A stretch of 63,373 bases of DNA, counting the filler, from Chiloscyllium plagiosum (Eukaryota): assembly GCF_004010195.1 (NCBI RefSeq). It is 3 parts of one record of this genome, joined end to end, with 100 filler letters (N's around TTAATTAATTAA, not from the genome) between each part and the next. Parts side by side here need not be neighbours in the genome. Positions count along the whole stretch, not along the records: positions 26,516 to 53,740 come from NC_057717.1; positions 53,841 to 63,373 come from NC_057717.1; 1 more part is not named here. The stretch is one strand, 5' to 3'. A program made the position numbers and the translations under genes. Below, one piece after another: positions 51,130 through 63,373 of the stretch; the stretch's first letter is position 1; each line of letters opens with the position of its first letter. The notes beneath the pieces were generated by a model. The model did not search any database, was not told the origin of the DNA, and worked only from the letters and a program-made list of their open reading frames with translations.

Positions 51130-52985
51130 AACATTATTGTCTGTAGGTAATGAAAGGTAACATTAATATGGTTATTCCCAATGTCAAATTCAACCGGGGA
51201 AGGAACAAAAGGTTAAAGGAGAAAAATCAATGGCTGAAGAGCTAGTTTATTGTTGAGGTATTTTTTAGTGGGGAATTGAAATGTGTTTTGGTATATAAAA
51301 GACCTGTTCAAAAAGGATTGGTCTAATCGAAACTGGAAAGCAACCAATATCTTAGCAGGGAGATTAGTTCAGTCTATGTATGGAGACTTTACATTGATAG
51401 AGAGGGCAACGGAGGGATTCTGAGTCGCAGTGTTAATGGTATGACGGCTGGAGGAGGTTATGAGTGTGGAGAGAGCACGTCAATTAGAAAAGAAAGACGA
51501 AAACGTCATCGTATACAATAATTCTCAAGCACTAAATTGCATTTATTTCAACGGAAGAGGTCTTACGGGGAAGATGTTGAACTCAGGGCATGTTTAAGAA
51601 CATGGGATTGGGACATCATATTTATTCCAGGATATTCTTTGAGAGATGTTCAGACTAAGAGTGTAGTGCAGGAAAAGCACAGCAGGTCAGGCAGCACCTG
51701 AGGAGCAGGATTAGCGACGTTTCGAGCAAAACCCCCTTATCGGGAACGGGCTGATGAAAGGCTTTTGCCCGAAACATCGATTTTCTGATCCTCAAATGCT
51801 GCCTGACCTGCTGCGCTTTTTCCAGCACGACACTCTCGACTCTAATCTCCTGCTTTTGCAGCACTCGCTTTTGCCTGAGAGATGTTCACGTTTCAGGGTT
51901 TTGGGTATCATAGAAAGAATAGAAAAGGAGACATGCCATGGGCGGGAATGGGGAGGCCTGCCATTTTTGATTAAGGAATAAATTATTGCTGGAACTGAGG
52001 GAGGTATTTCTGAAAAAAAAATCATCCAGTTAAAATATATGGGTAGCATTAAAAATAAGAAAGTAAAGATCACTTTGAAGTGATTGTGTGGTATGCTCAT
52101 TTGTGACAAACCTAACAGTGAAAATATATTGGTTGAAGTTAAAAATAAGAAAGGAAAGAGCACGTTGATTGTGTTGTACCATATGCTCTCCAACAGTAGG
52201 AAAGAAATTGAGAAACATGCATGCAGGGTGTTATAGGATATATGTAAGCTAATAAGGTTGTAAAAATGGGTGATTTTAATTTTCTAAAAATTGTTTGGGA
52301 CTACCATAGTGTTAAAGGTTTGAATGGCGAAAAATTTGCCAAATGTGTTCAAAAAAATGTTCTTCATTGATATGTGGATGAGTCTAATTGATATGGAGTA
52401 AAGCCAGACTTTCTTTTGTGCAATGGGCAGAGCAAGTGATTGAAGTAAACATTGGGGAATACTTTGAGTCTTGCAATCATAACTCTATTCGTTTCAAAAT
52501 GGTAATGGAACAGAACACGCCTTCCACTAATATTATCTTTTTAATTGCCGTACCATAAATGTTAATAGCATGGGACAAGGACTCACCAAGTTTGATGGGA
52601 GTAGACTGTTAACAGGTAAAACAATGTCTGACAAATGGGAGTCGTTCAACAGTGTGACAACGAGAGTTGAGAGGCATTATGTTCCTGTTGGAGTGAAGGG
52701 CAAGGCTGGTAAGATTAAGGAACAACGGATGACCAAAATTATTGACGTTGTAGTCAAGAATAAAAGAGAGTTTTACTTTAGATATAGTCAACTCCATTCA
52801 ATTGAATCACTTCAGCAATACAAAGAGTGTTGGGCATTATTTCGAGATAATCAGGAAAGCAAAAAGGAGATATTTTCTAGCATGGACAGATAAGGTTAAC
52901 GATAATCCAAAGATATTGTACAACTACATTCGCAGTAAGAGGGTAACCATGGAAAGGGTAAGGCCTCTTTAAGTTCATGAAGGAT
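51130..52985 (+). mobile_element. Old CR1 (ORF1 end and ORF2 endonuclease) interrupted by a Penelope repeat pair
   Basis: LNCIYFN, MGDFNF.KI.W, NHNSIRF and HYVP motifs. Confidence 0.75.
51653..51875. mobile_element. Inverted pair of Penelope terminal repeats with a 13-bp TSD and a hammerhead motif
   Basis: tgagagatgttca at 51640-51652 and 51876-51888; CTGATGA-AAGGC-tttt-GCCC-GAAAC-ATC at 51751-51778. Confidence 0.85.
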
Positions 52986-52999
52986 ATCGATATAGTCAT

Positions 53000-53330
53000 C
53001 TCATTCCTGGTGCACTAGACAGCAGCAAACACACACTATTGTCTGCACCTCTCATTCATCCAGATTGAACTCTATCTGCTATTTGTCAGCTTATTCACCC
53101 ATTAGATCAACATCCTTTTGTAATCTTAGAAAACCTTCTTCACTGTCCACTCTGCCACCAATTGTGGTGTCATCCACAAAGTTACTTACCATGCTTTCTA
53201 CATTCTATTCCAAATTATTTACATAAATGACAAACAATGATAGCAAAGAACCAAGTCTGTGGAGCACTGTTGGTCACAAGCCTCCAGTCCAAAAAGCAAC
53301 GGCCTACTATTACTCTGTCTCTTACCATTG
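53000..53330 (-). mobile_element. CR1 RT fragment
   Basis: Reverse of LFVIYVNNL...VSNFVDDT.IGG. Confidence 0.7.
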
Positions 53331-53334
53331 CACC

Positions 53335-53552
53335 AATTGAAAGTGCTGGAGAGAAACCCAGCAGTTCAGGCAGTATCGGAGCAGAGAAAAACGGAATTAA
53401 CTTTTTGAGTCCAGTATGATTTGTTCAGAACAGGTTCATATCCGACTCGATATGTTAACTCTGTTTCTCTGCCCAGATCCTCATCATCTGTTGCATTTCT
53501 CCACTATCTTGTGTTTGTATTTCAGATTTCCATTACCTCTAATATTTCGCTT
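53335..53552. mobile_element. Degenerate inverted pair of Penelope terminal repeats
   Basis: gcagagaaaaacggaattaac ... gttaactctgtttctctgc inverted arms. Confidence 0.55.
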
Positions 53553-54334
53553 TTTTAAATCGGTCTAGATGCTGAACCCGGTTATATTTGGCCATTATGC
53601 TCTATTGCTGTTCCCATTATGTGTGCCAGTACTCATGTATGCCTTAAGTACGCCTTAAGTTCTGAAAATATTTGTGTGAATCTCAGCAAATTGATTTTAA
53701 TTTTGAAAGCATTTTAGAGACAGCTACACTTGATGAAAAANNNNNNNNNNNNNNNNNNNNNNNNNNNNNNNNNNNNNNNNNNNNTTAATTAATTAANNNN
53801 NNNNNNNNNNNNNNNNNNNNNNNNNNNNNNNNNNNNNNNNAGCCCGGTGTGACACTTCAGAACTGAAAAGGATTGGAAACTTGGATTTTTAATCTCTTGA
53901 CAGAGGTGGGGGATGGGTGACAGGGAAAAGAGGATGTGGCAAAAATAAACGGGCTCTTAGCAGTAGTGAACGGATGGATGAAGTAAAATGTGTTTAAATT
54001 AAGCTGTGAATGGGTGAAAGGGGATCTCTATTGAATACAAGATAAAGAAGTCACAACCAAACAAGGTCAGAGGGAGGCCAGGAGGGAGAATGTTGACTAT
54101 GAGGCATTTTATAGGTCTGGCCACAGATACGTTTTCACTGTCGAGATCATCACCCCCTTTAGACAAAGTAATTCAGGTTTTTGACTTCTTATTGGCACTA
54201 GTAAGCATTTCATTCTATCTTAGTATTGTAATATGGGAAAAAAACAAATAACCATATGAAGTTTGGGCTGAGTATTGTTTACCTGTCATGTTTAATATTG
54301 TTTAAATTTGCAGTGCTTATCGTTAAATGCTTGT

Positions 54335-55655
54335 TCTTTAAGTGTGGGAGGTTGGGTAGTGACATTGTAAAAGTTTCTAAAATCATGAGAGATATGGATA
54401 GGGTGAATAGCTAAGATCTTTCCAACGGCATGTGGGAGATCAGCCATAGTAGCCATAGGTTTAAGGTGAAAGAGGGAAGATTTAAAAGGAATGAAGGGGC
54501 AACGTTTTAACACAGAGGGTGGCATGGGTATGGAATGAGCTGCCAGAGGACGAGTGGTAGATGCCAGTACAGCTACAACATTTAAAACTCATTTGGACAA
54601 CATTTGAATGGGAAACATTGAGAGGCATATTGGCCAAATGAAAGCAGATGGGACGAGCTTAAGTTGGAAAACCTGGCCAGCATGGACATTTAGAAAAGCT
54701 TCACGCAGAGTCAGTGTGGGTTTGTGAAACGGAAATTATACTTTGACCTGTAAAATTATGCAAATTATTTCTGCAGATGCCTGAGAATGTAACAAGCGGA
54801 CTTGATAAATGAGATCTGGTAGACACCAGGCTTTCCAGAGATTTTCCACAAGGTATGACAAAATAAAAATCATTACACAAGACGGAAGCTCGTAGGATGA
54901 TGGACAATGTATTAGCATGTGATGATGATTGGTTAGCTCATAGCAATCGGAGAGTCAGGATTAATAAGTTTTCTAAATAAAGGTGTATCTGCTGGAATGC
55001 CACAGCTATTAGTCCGATGGCATCAGTTATTTATAATCTATAGTGATAGCCTGAAGGAGGGAGTTGAGTGCAATATACATCCGAGTTTGTGGATGACACT
55101 GAGAACTGAAAGGCAGGCTGTAATTTAATGGAAAGGACTTCCAGAAAATGAGCAGTACAAAGGGATTGAAGTCTTCCTGTGAATGAAACATAAAGCCAGC
55201 ATGCTGATGCAGCAAGTAACTAGGTTGGTTCATTAGACAGTTTACTGGGATGAAAGGGTTGTGTTATTGAGAATCTCTAAAATGGTGAGGCAATTATTCA
55301 TTGGTGTTTAAATGAATGATGAGTGATACTGCTGAAAGATACAAGACACAGAAAGGGCTTGAGAAGGTACATATTGAGAAGTTGCTTCCATTCTTGGCTT
55401 AAGTGTCGAACTCGAGGATATAGATACCGAATAAGGAACATCGATTACAATCTAAGATGTAAACCGATGTCTTCTCTCAGAAGGTAGTGAATGTCTGGAA
55501 TTCCCTAACCCAGAGAGGTGTGGAAGGATACAAGGATTCGGCAACAAAGTGGAGTTGAGCCCTGGAGTACATCAGCCATGTTCGTATTAAATGACAGGTC
55601 AAGCCTGATGGGCGGAATGACCTACTCCTGTTCCTATTTATTCATTTCACATTAT
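54335..55655 (+). mobile_element. Two CR1 RT/3' fragments
   Basis: WNELP and WNSL motifs; tail gaatgacctactcctgttcctatt. Confidence 0.7.
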
Positions 55656-56411
55656 GCTTTTGGAAAGTAACGGGTTATTTTCCTGGAAATCGTATTGTAA
55701 AATGTTGCATTCAGGGAGAGCAGATGATTTGTTGATTTAACCCTGGGTGGGGTATGGGGACTGTATTCCCAGCGTACCTGGGGCTGCAACATGACCCACA
55801 TCTGGAACAGAAGTTACAGAGAGGGGAAGCCTGGAAGCATGGATTGGGGGTGGGTGTTCACTTCCTGAACCAGCCTAGATTTTACAAGTACATTTCCCAA
55901 ACTACACCAAACCATCGGAGTGGCCACGCCACCACGCAGCAGGTCGGAAGGGCTGAATGGAACATCAGAACATAGGGCTGAGGGACACGAGAGCGCCATT
56001 CGGCTCGTTGACACTGCTACACCAGTAAATGAGGTCATGGCTCATCTCATTGTGGTCCCAGCTGCACTCTTCTCTCCATGCACCATTATCCCTGATTCAT
56101 CTGTCTATCGAAAATTAGACAAAGTCAGCCTCGTTATAATATAAATATCTGGCCATCCCAAACGTTTGGGAAAGAGAATTCCCACTTGAATGAAATCCCA
56201 CTTTGTGAATTTCTCCTAATTCCTGAGGTTGGAAGGTGTCACTGTTTCCTTTTCTAGTCCCACTCCTCCACTGCTCACAACAAATTTTAAACGTAACCAG
56301 ATTGGTGATATGGCTGATGATAAAGGTCTCAAACAGGGTCAGGTTCAGTGACAGGAACAAGTCAAACAGATTTCTTTTGTCAGCCACAAATAACTGAGTG
56401 AACTAATGGAT

Positions 56412-56748
56412 GTGCATGGTGGATCTGTGGTTAGCACTACAACCTCCTTTCCCCAAGGAGCTGCGTTCAATTCCAACCTCGGGCAACCTTTCATGCAGAT
56501 TTTAAACATTCTCCCCATGTCTGTGTGGGCTTCCTTCCAGTTACCTCCCACAGTCCAAAGATATGCAGCTTAGAGTGGATTAGCCATGCTAAATTGCCCG
56601 TAGTGCCCAGGGATGTCTTGGTCAAATAGGTTAGTCATGGGAAATGCAGGGTTCCATGGATAGAGTAGGTGGACAGGTCCGGGGGCGGGGTGGAGGGGGG
56701 GAATACTGTTCCAAGGGTCAAGGTGTCCTGCTTCCACACTGCAGAGAT
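56412..56748 (+). mobile_element. HE1-like SINE, diverged
   Basis: ggttagcact...gttcaattcc...ttctccccatgtctgtgtggg. Confidence 0.8.
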
Positions 56749-57289
56749 AAAAGTGACCAGCAGTTTGTACTATACAAACACCCAGTGGGTATCTATCTAA
56801 TCCACTCTCCTCTAGGTTTTGTATGTTTCAATAAGATCACCTCTCATTCCAAGAGTAACCTGTTAAAGCCTTCATAATAGAAGAGCCACTTCCCTGGAAT
56901 ACATGAAGTGAAACATCTCCAAACTGCTTCGAATTTAATTATATCCTTTCTCAGATAAGGAGACAAAAATAATCTCACACACAGATGAGGTTAATTTTTG
57001 TTTCTCAGTGATGAGAGTATTTGGAACTATCTTCCCGGCAGAGCATTGGAGGAAGAGATATTGAATATTTTTGAGGCACAGTCAGAAAGTTCATAAATAA
57101 TAACAGAGTCAACGATTATCGGGGAATGTCAGGAATGTGCATTGTTGGGAAAATGCTGAAAGTGGTACAAAATCACACTGCTCCAGAACATCCAGGAATA
57201 TAATGCAAAATAAAATGATAATATCGATAAATGCTAAGGGGGAATCTGAGGTAGCGACGATCTGGAAAGTCTGCTTTGTTGGGCTCTGC

Positions 57290-58000
57290 ATCACAGCACC
57301 GGCAAAGTGGTTGCCTACCCACTCCATCCCAGCATTTTACTTAAAATTCAACCCTAAAAAAGTGATAGAATCTTTACTGATCCAAGTTTGTCAAGTGGAA
57401 ATGACAAAACACGGGAAAGGATCGAGTGCGTCCCAACACACGGTGCAACCGTTAGAAACATCGAGCATGCCTGAGGCCGCAGCTGCAACCCACTCTGCTC
57501 TTTCAATAGACCCAGTTACTCACCAGGTCTTGGTCACTGAGTTCACCAAGTTATGTGAAATGATTGAAGGCATGATTAAAGAAAGGTTCAGCAGTGGCTA
57601 GAACCTCTACCATTCTCGGACGCACTCCATAAACATGAGCAGCAACTTGACAGCCTTGGACACAGAACAGACGATGTTAAGCGCCGAACAGCAGTGGCAG
57701 AGACCGCGATCTATTCCTCTCAGGAGAGGATCCAAGCCCTTGAAAAACAGGTCTGTACCTTAACGGAACATGGTGACGACCTCGAGAACAGGGGCAGGAT
57801 GAAGAATGTTCACGTCATCGGTCTGCTGGCCCAGACAGCAGGTGGTCAGCCAGTGAGAATTTTTCGAGATCTGGGCGGAACGGTGGCACAGTGGTAAGCA
57901 CTGCTGCCTCACAGCGCCTGAGACCTGGGTTCAATTCCTGCCTCAGGCGACTGACTGTGTCCAGTGAGAATTTTTCGAGATCTGGCTGCAGCGATTCCTT
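57290..58000 (+). mobile_element. L1 5' region and ORF1 N-terminal half
   Basis: Coiled-coil followed by DDLENRGRMKNVHVIGL (L1 ORF1p signature LENR.RR.N.RI.G). Confidence 0.85.
57875..57960 (+). mobile_element. SINE 5' head only, flanked by a 25-bp direct repeat
   Basis: ccagtgagaatttttcgagatctgg at 57850-57874 and 57961-57985. Confidence 0.85.
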
Positions 58001-58844
58001 NNNNNNNNNNNNNNNNNNNNNNNNNNNNNNNNNNNNNNNNNNNNNNNNNNNNNNNNNNNNNNNNNNNNNNNNNNNNNNNNNNNNNNNNNNNNNNNNNNNN
58101 NNNNNNNNNNNNNNNNNNNNNNNNNNNNNNNNNNNNNNNNNNNNNNNNNNNNNNNNNNNNNNNNNNNNNNNNNNNNNNNNNNNNNNNNNNNNNNNNNNNN
58201 NNNNNNNNNNNNNNNNNNNNNNNNNNNNNNNNNNNNNNNNNNNNNNNNNNNNNNNNNNNNNNNNNNNNNNNNNNNNNNNNNNNNNNNNNNNNNNNNNNNN
58301 NNNNNNNNNNNNNNNNNNNNNNNNNNNNNNNNNNNNNNNNNNNNNNNNNNNNNNNNNNNNNNNNNNNNNNNNNNNNNNNNNNNNNNNNNNNNNNNNNNNN
58401 NNNNNNNNNNNNNNNNNNNNNNNNNNNNNNNNNNNNNNNNNNNNNNNNNNNNNNNNNNNNNNNNNNNNNNNNNNNNNNNNNNNNNNNNNNNNNNNNNNNN
58501 ACTGCATGGAATGTGTCCTATTACAGATCAAAATCCTTCAAGCATTTTCACAAATATCCTCCCATGTCTGGGAAGAGATCTAAACCCCCAACTCTCTCGC
58601 ACAGACGTCACGAAGCTGCACAGTCTTGTCTGAGGGGACACTATCCAACTCATGATAAAGGTGCTGAGAGAGAGGGTATTCGTAGCAAAAAGAACCCACT
58701 TCTCTGTATCGGATCTATAAGTGTCTGTTAAAAGTTTTTTTTAATCAAATCTCTAATCTGGAAAAAAACCAGAAGAAGTCTCTGCAAGGTAGTCCACACT
58801 TACGAGTTATTTGACCGAATGATATCATTGTTTCTCCCTCAAGT

Positions 58845-59165
58845 AACACGTGGTGGCCAGTGGTTTGCACTGCGAACTCACAGCTCCAGGGTCACGGGTT
58901 TAGTTCCAGTCTTGAGTGACTGGCTGTGTGGAGTTGGTGTGTCTGCGTAGGTTTCCTTCCCCAGTCACAAAGACGTGCAGGTTAGATGAATTGGCCACTG
59001 CTAAATCGCTCATGGTGCTCAAGGATCTGTAAGTTGGGGCATTAGTCAGGGTAAATATAGAATGGTAGGGGAATGGGTCTGGGTGGGTTACTCTTCAGAG
59101 GGTCAAAGCGGACTTGCTGGGTCCAAGGACGTGTTTCCACACTGTCGGGATTCTACTAATTCTAA
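58845..59165 (+). mobile_element. HE1-like SINE inside L1
   Basis: tRNA-like head, V-domain and tail. Confidence 0.8.
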
Positions 59166-59615
59166 ATCACCCAAGCAATGTAGCCCCCTTGCTGCCCACA
59201 GTTTAAGTCTGGAATCCATCATCCCCGGTTGACAACACGATATACCAATTATAGGGGTAAGAAACATGATTATTGCTGTAATGCCCTCGATCTGACGCAT
59301 TGTCCTTCAAATTTTAACAGTATTGATCATCATTAGATTATGACAATACTCCATAAATGTTGTCATTTTATGTAAGACTAACAGACTAATAAGGGTTCAC
59401 TTTGTCTCAGAGGGATCAATGCTACAATGATGCCGAGACCTCAGCGGCCCAGGCACTCACATACGATGAAAAAAAACTGAATTGATTGTTTTTAATCGGG
59501 GAAATCAACTCCACACAATCTGTGGGGCAGTTGAAATTTGGTTAGCTTGATAAAGAATCGCTTATGGTGCCAAATAAAAGAGCTAAACCAGCCATTATGT
59601 TTCTTCGAAACATCT

Positions 59616-59886
59616 TAGATTAGATTCCTTACAGTGTGGAAACAGGCCCTTCAGCCCAACAAGTCCACACCGACACACCACCCACTCCCCTATATTTACC
59701 CGTACACCTAACACTACAGGCAATTTAGCTTGGCCCATTCACCTAACCTGCACATGTTTTGGACTGTGGGAATAAACCGGAGCACCCGGAGAATGTGCAA
59801 ACTCCACGCAGTCTGTCGCCTGAAGTGGGAAGTGAACCCGGATCACTGGCGTTGTGAGGCAGCAGAGCTAACCACTGTGCCGCCCA
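59616..59886 (-). mobile_element. HE1-like SINE inside L1
   Basis: ttagattagattcc tail; gctaaccactgtgccgccc head, reversed. Confidence 0.88.
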
Positions 59887-62681
59887 CATGAGTCTGCTGT
59901 CTGGGAAACATCAAAGAAAGCATTCACACAGGGTGTAGGAAATGAGGAAGGACATTCATTTTAATAACAGCTATCCGAATTGTGTAATTTTGTCAAACAA
60001 ATGGATAGAGTTCACGTTAAATAAATGATCAAAGACAAATGCAATGAATATACTGAAATAGGGAAACCACCCCCGTGACCATTTAAAAGGAAACCAGGAT
60101 TTGCCCTCAGTATCAAGTATTTCCCTCAGACCTCCCATAAGCATGGCCTCCAACTTTGTAAAATTAATCTTATCGTCCGGAAAGGTAACAAGCGAATTAA
60201 TGCATTGCATCACATGATCTACCGAAATTGCGGAAATTGACAAAAAAACATAAGACCCTCATCTTCATACAATATAATCTTACGTGACTTCTTTCCCACT
60301 TCTGGAGCAGATATGTTGGTATCCCTACAGATGGCCTCTGCCCGTGGCTCAATCACCAACGTAAACAATAATGGCGAAAGGTGTCAACTGGTCGGCAGCC
60401 TGGAGAAATATTAATATTACTGGTTGGCACAACATTAGTGAGAACTGCAACCAGATGATCACGGTAAAGGACCCTCAACCACTTGATAAAAACTTTGCAG
60501 AGACCAAACCATTCTAATGTACAGAAGAGATCCGGCCACTCAACCCAATCAAATGTCTTCTCTCATCTGAAGGGATCAATAATCCCTGGACAGATTGTTG
60601 TTGACACTCTTGGATCATATTGAGTAAATTCTTTACATTGTAGGAAGATCTGCGGCCCTTTATAAAGCCTGCTTGGTCCTCTTTAGCAACGGATGGCAGC
60701 AAGATTTCCAGCCTTAAAGCCCGGGTCTCAGAAAGGATGTTGAAACCATCATTTAAAACTGAGATTGGCGTGTAAGAAACACAATCCTTCAGGGTCTTCC
60801 TCCCTTCAGCATCAGAGAGATATGAGCCTATCTTAAGGATGGAAGGAGGGGTCCATGGCTGTATAAGTGACGGAACGTGTTAAACATCAGCCCTGACAAT
60901 AAGTTTATAAATTATTTATAAATTTTCACTAGGAAATCCATCAGAAACATGCGCCTTTATATTCTGAAGCTGCTTCACACCCTCCTGTTCTGATAATGGT
61001 GCATGAAGACACAACACTTATTCAGGGGTTACTCCTGGAAGACCCAGGTTCTTGAAAAATGTCTCCATCTTAATACATCGATCCTCACAATGTTCAGTCT
61101 GAAATAATTCGGCGGACAATCTCAGAGAAGCTGCATTGATCCTTTTGGAATCGAAGGTAAGGAGCCCAGTACCTTCCCTAATTGAGGTAATGACTTGAGG
61201 GCGGCGCTCGTTTTCCTGGCAAGATGGGCTAAATACTTGCCTGGCTTATAATCATGTTCAAACAGCCTTTCTTTTGCAAAAGTAAGTTCCTTCTTGGCTG
61301 TCTGCGTGAGGGTGGAATTCACTGTAGACCGAAGCATTGTGATCCTCTGCAGCTTAGCCACTGAGGGTCTATCACAGTATGTCCACTCAGCTGCCCTCAG
61401 CTGTGCCTCAAGCCAGCGTTCCTGCTCCCCCTTCTGCTGCATCCTAAGGAATAATTATTCCCTTGGCATAAGCCTTAGCAATTTCCCATAGAATGGATGG
61501 GTTACTGGTTGAATTTGTATTAATGGCTAAGAAAGATCTGAATTCATTGCAGAAATACTCAATGAACTAACTAGCCTGAAGTATAAAGGGATATCTTCGC
61601 CAGTGTCTCGAATCTGTCATATTGTCCTTAATTTTAATCAATAAGTATGGTCAGAAATGGTTACATTCCAAATTGTGCAGGATGCCACCGAATCTAAGAT
61701 TGTTGCAGGGATGGGGAAGAGATCAACCGTCGTATTGCATTTCTCCATGTTAAAGGAGAAACTTAAATCCCTACTTGTGAGGTAGGTCTGCCTCCAGACA
61801 TCTAGTTCTACAGACAAATCCACTAATTGCTTACATTATAACGAGGGTATTGGGGAACCTTTTGAAATTATACCCACAGTGGGGTCCATAAGACAGTTGA
61901 AATCTCCTTCTACGATAATGTGCCATGATGCAAGATGACTGAATTTGGAAAATGCATCTACCAGGATTTTAAGAGTGTGCGCCGGGGGTGGGGGGTTGGT
62001 AGGGGTCGCAATTAACATTCAAATTATTGTAGTATTTACCATAGTTCAAGGCTTTGTGGATTATGAGCCTCCCGTGAGTTCATATACAATCAAGTAATTT
62101 AAATGGAAGATTCTTCCTATCCAGTCTGGCTTCTCCCCTACTCCTAGTATTAAAAGACGAGAAATAAACCCGATCAAACCCACCCTGCTGGAACGTCAAA
62201 TGTTTCTTGTCATTAAGGTGCATCTCCTGCAAAGGACAACATCCACCCTCTCTTTTTTTAAGACTAGAAAGTAATGTTTTCCTCTTGACTGGCCAATGGC
62301 TCCCATTAATGTTCCAGGTACACCATTTAAGCACATCATCATCCAGAACACACTGTAGCAACACTTGAACTCGAGAGAGAGGAAGAACTCGAATTACTGA
62401 TCATTAATAGACAAAGTCTCATAGAGCTTAAAAACTACACAAACTAAAACTACTACAACAGACAAGCTATCAAAACTTTCCAAAACTAAACATATCAAAA
62501 AACCAAAACCGAAACAAAATTCATAGGGGAATTTAAAATGTCCACAAAGTTTTCGCTTTCTCTGCAGAATCAGACGAGTTCATGGATCCATAAAATGCAA
62601 TACGGAGAACCTTTGGGTACCAGAGGGAATACTGAATCCCAAGTTCCCTTACTCTTCTCTTGATAGGTCTTAAACTGGGAA

Positions 62682-63373
62682 GTAGGTTAGCACTTTGGTG
62701 ATAGCGATCGCAATTCTGTGTTGTTTACTTTAGTGATAGAAAGGGATAGATGTATACCACTGGGCAAGAGTTACAACTGGGGGAAAGGCAATTACGATGC
62801 GATTAGGCAAGATTTAGGAAGCATACGGTGGAGAAGGAAACTGCAGGGGATAGGCACATTAGAAATGTGGAGCTTAATGAAGGAAAAGCGACTGTGTGTC
62901 CTTGATAAGAATGTACCTGTTAAGCAGAGACGATGCTGTAGAGCGCGGGAGCCGTGGTTTACGAAGGAAGTTGAATCTCTGGTCAAGACGAAGAAGAAGG
63001 CTTATGTTAGGATGAGATGTGAAGGCTCAGTTAGTGCGCTTGAGGGTTACAAGGTAGCCAGGAAAGACCTAAAGAGAGAGCTCAGAAGAACCAGGAGGAT
63101 ATATGAGAGGTTGTTGGCGGATTGGATCAGGGTAAACCCTAAGTCTTTCTGTAGGTATTGAAGGAATGAAAGAATGACGAGAGTAAGATTAGGGCCAATC
63201 AAGGATAGTAGTGGGAAGTAGTGTGTGGAGTCAGAGGAGATAGGGGAGGCACTAAATGAATATGTTTCAGAAGTATTCACTCTAGAAAACGACAATGTTG
63301 TCGAGGAGTTTACTGAGATACAGGCTACAAGACTAGGTGTGATTGAGGTTCACAAGGAGCAGGTATTGTGGGC
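62682..63373 (+). mobile_element. CR1 ORF2 (post-endonuclease linker), continues past the window
   Basis: NWGKGNYDAIRQDL, REPWFTKE, NPKSF..Y; same family as 9240-9900. Confidence 0.88.

Larger units (their letters stand above)
58501..62680 (-). mobile_element. L1 ORF1 C-terminus and decayed ORF2 (endonuclease and RT)
   Basis: LGIQYSLWYPKVLRI (ORF1 end); TWNING...KRK, LQEMHL, GDFNC..DP, ISDH (endonuclease); KPGKYLA; DQAGFIKGR (RT). Confidence 0.88.

Noticed and set aside
53785..53796. Palindromic TTAATTAATTAA as a possible piggyBac-type site
   Set aside because: It is a scaffolding linker embedded in Ns, identical at both gaps.

Overview
Repeat-dense eukaryotic DNA with no intact protein-coding gene. 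The repeat families (HE1-like V-SINEs with (TAATC)n tails, CR1 LINEs, Penelope elements, L1) point to a shark or ray; this is an inference. Main content: (1) many decayed CR1 LINEs, SINEs and an L1. (2) Penelope insertions, often as inverted pairs with 10-13 bp target-site duplications (TSDs), whose terminal repeats carry minimal hammerhead ribozyme motifs. (3) Two convergent C2H2 zinc-finger pseudogenes. (4) Two different class I endogenous retroviruses, each present twice and each lacking reverse transcriptase. ERV-A is epsilon-like and is not evident from the ORF track: it has gag, an amber codon and protease, then about 2.8 kb of unassigned sequence, plus a leader ORF, and it occurs as an inverted pair. 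ERV-B is gamma-like, with LTR, tRNA-Pro PBS, gag, an internal deletion, RNase H tail, integrase and env start. (5) A tandem segmental duplication (offset about 13.6 kb) with reciprocal deletions, carrying ERV-B, a 62/63-bp minisatellite and exon-like pieces of an unidentified minus-strand gene family. Boundaries were read by eye and are approximate. Family names come from motif recognition, not database searches.
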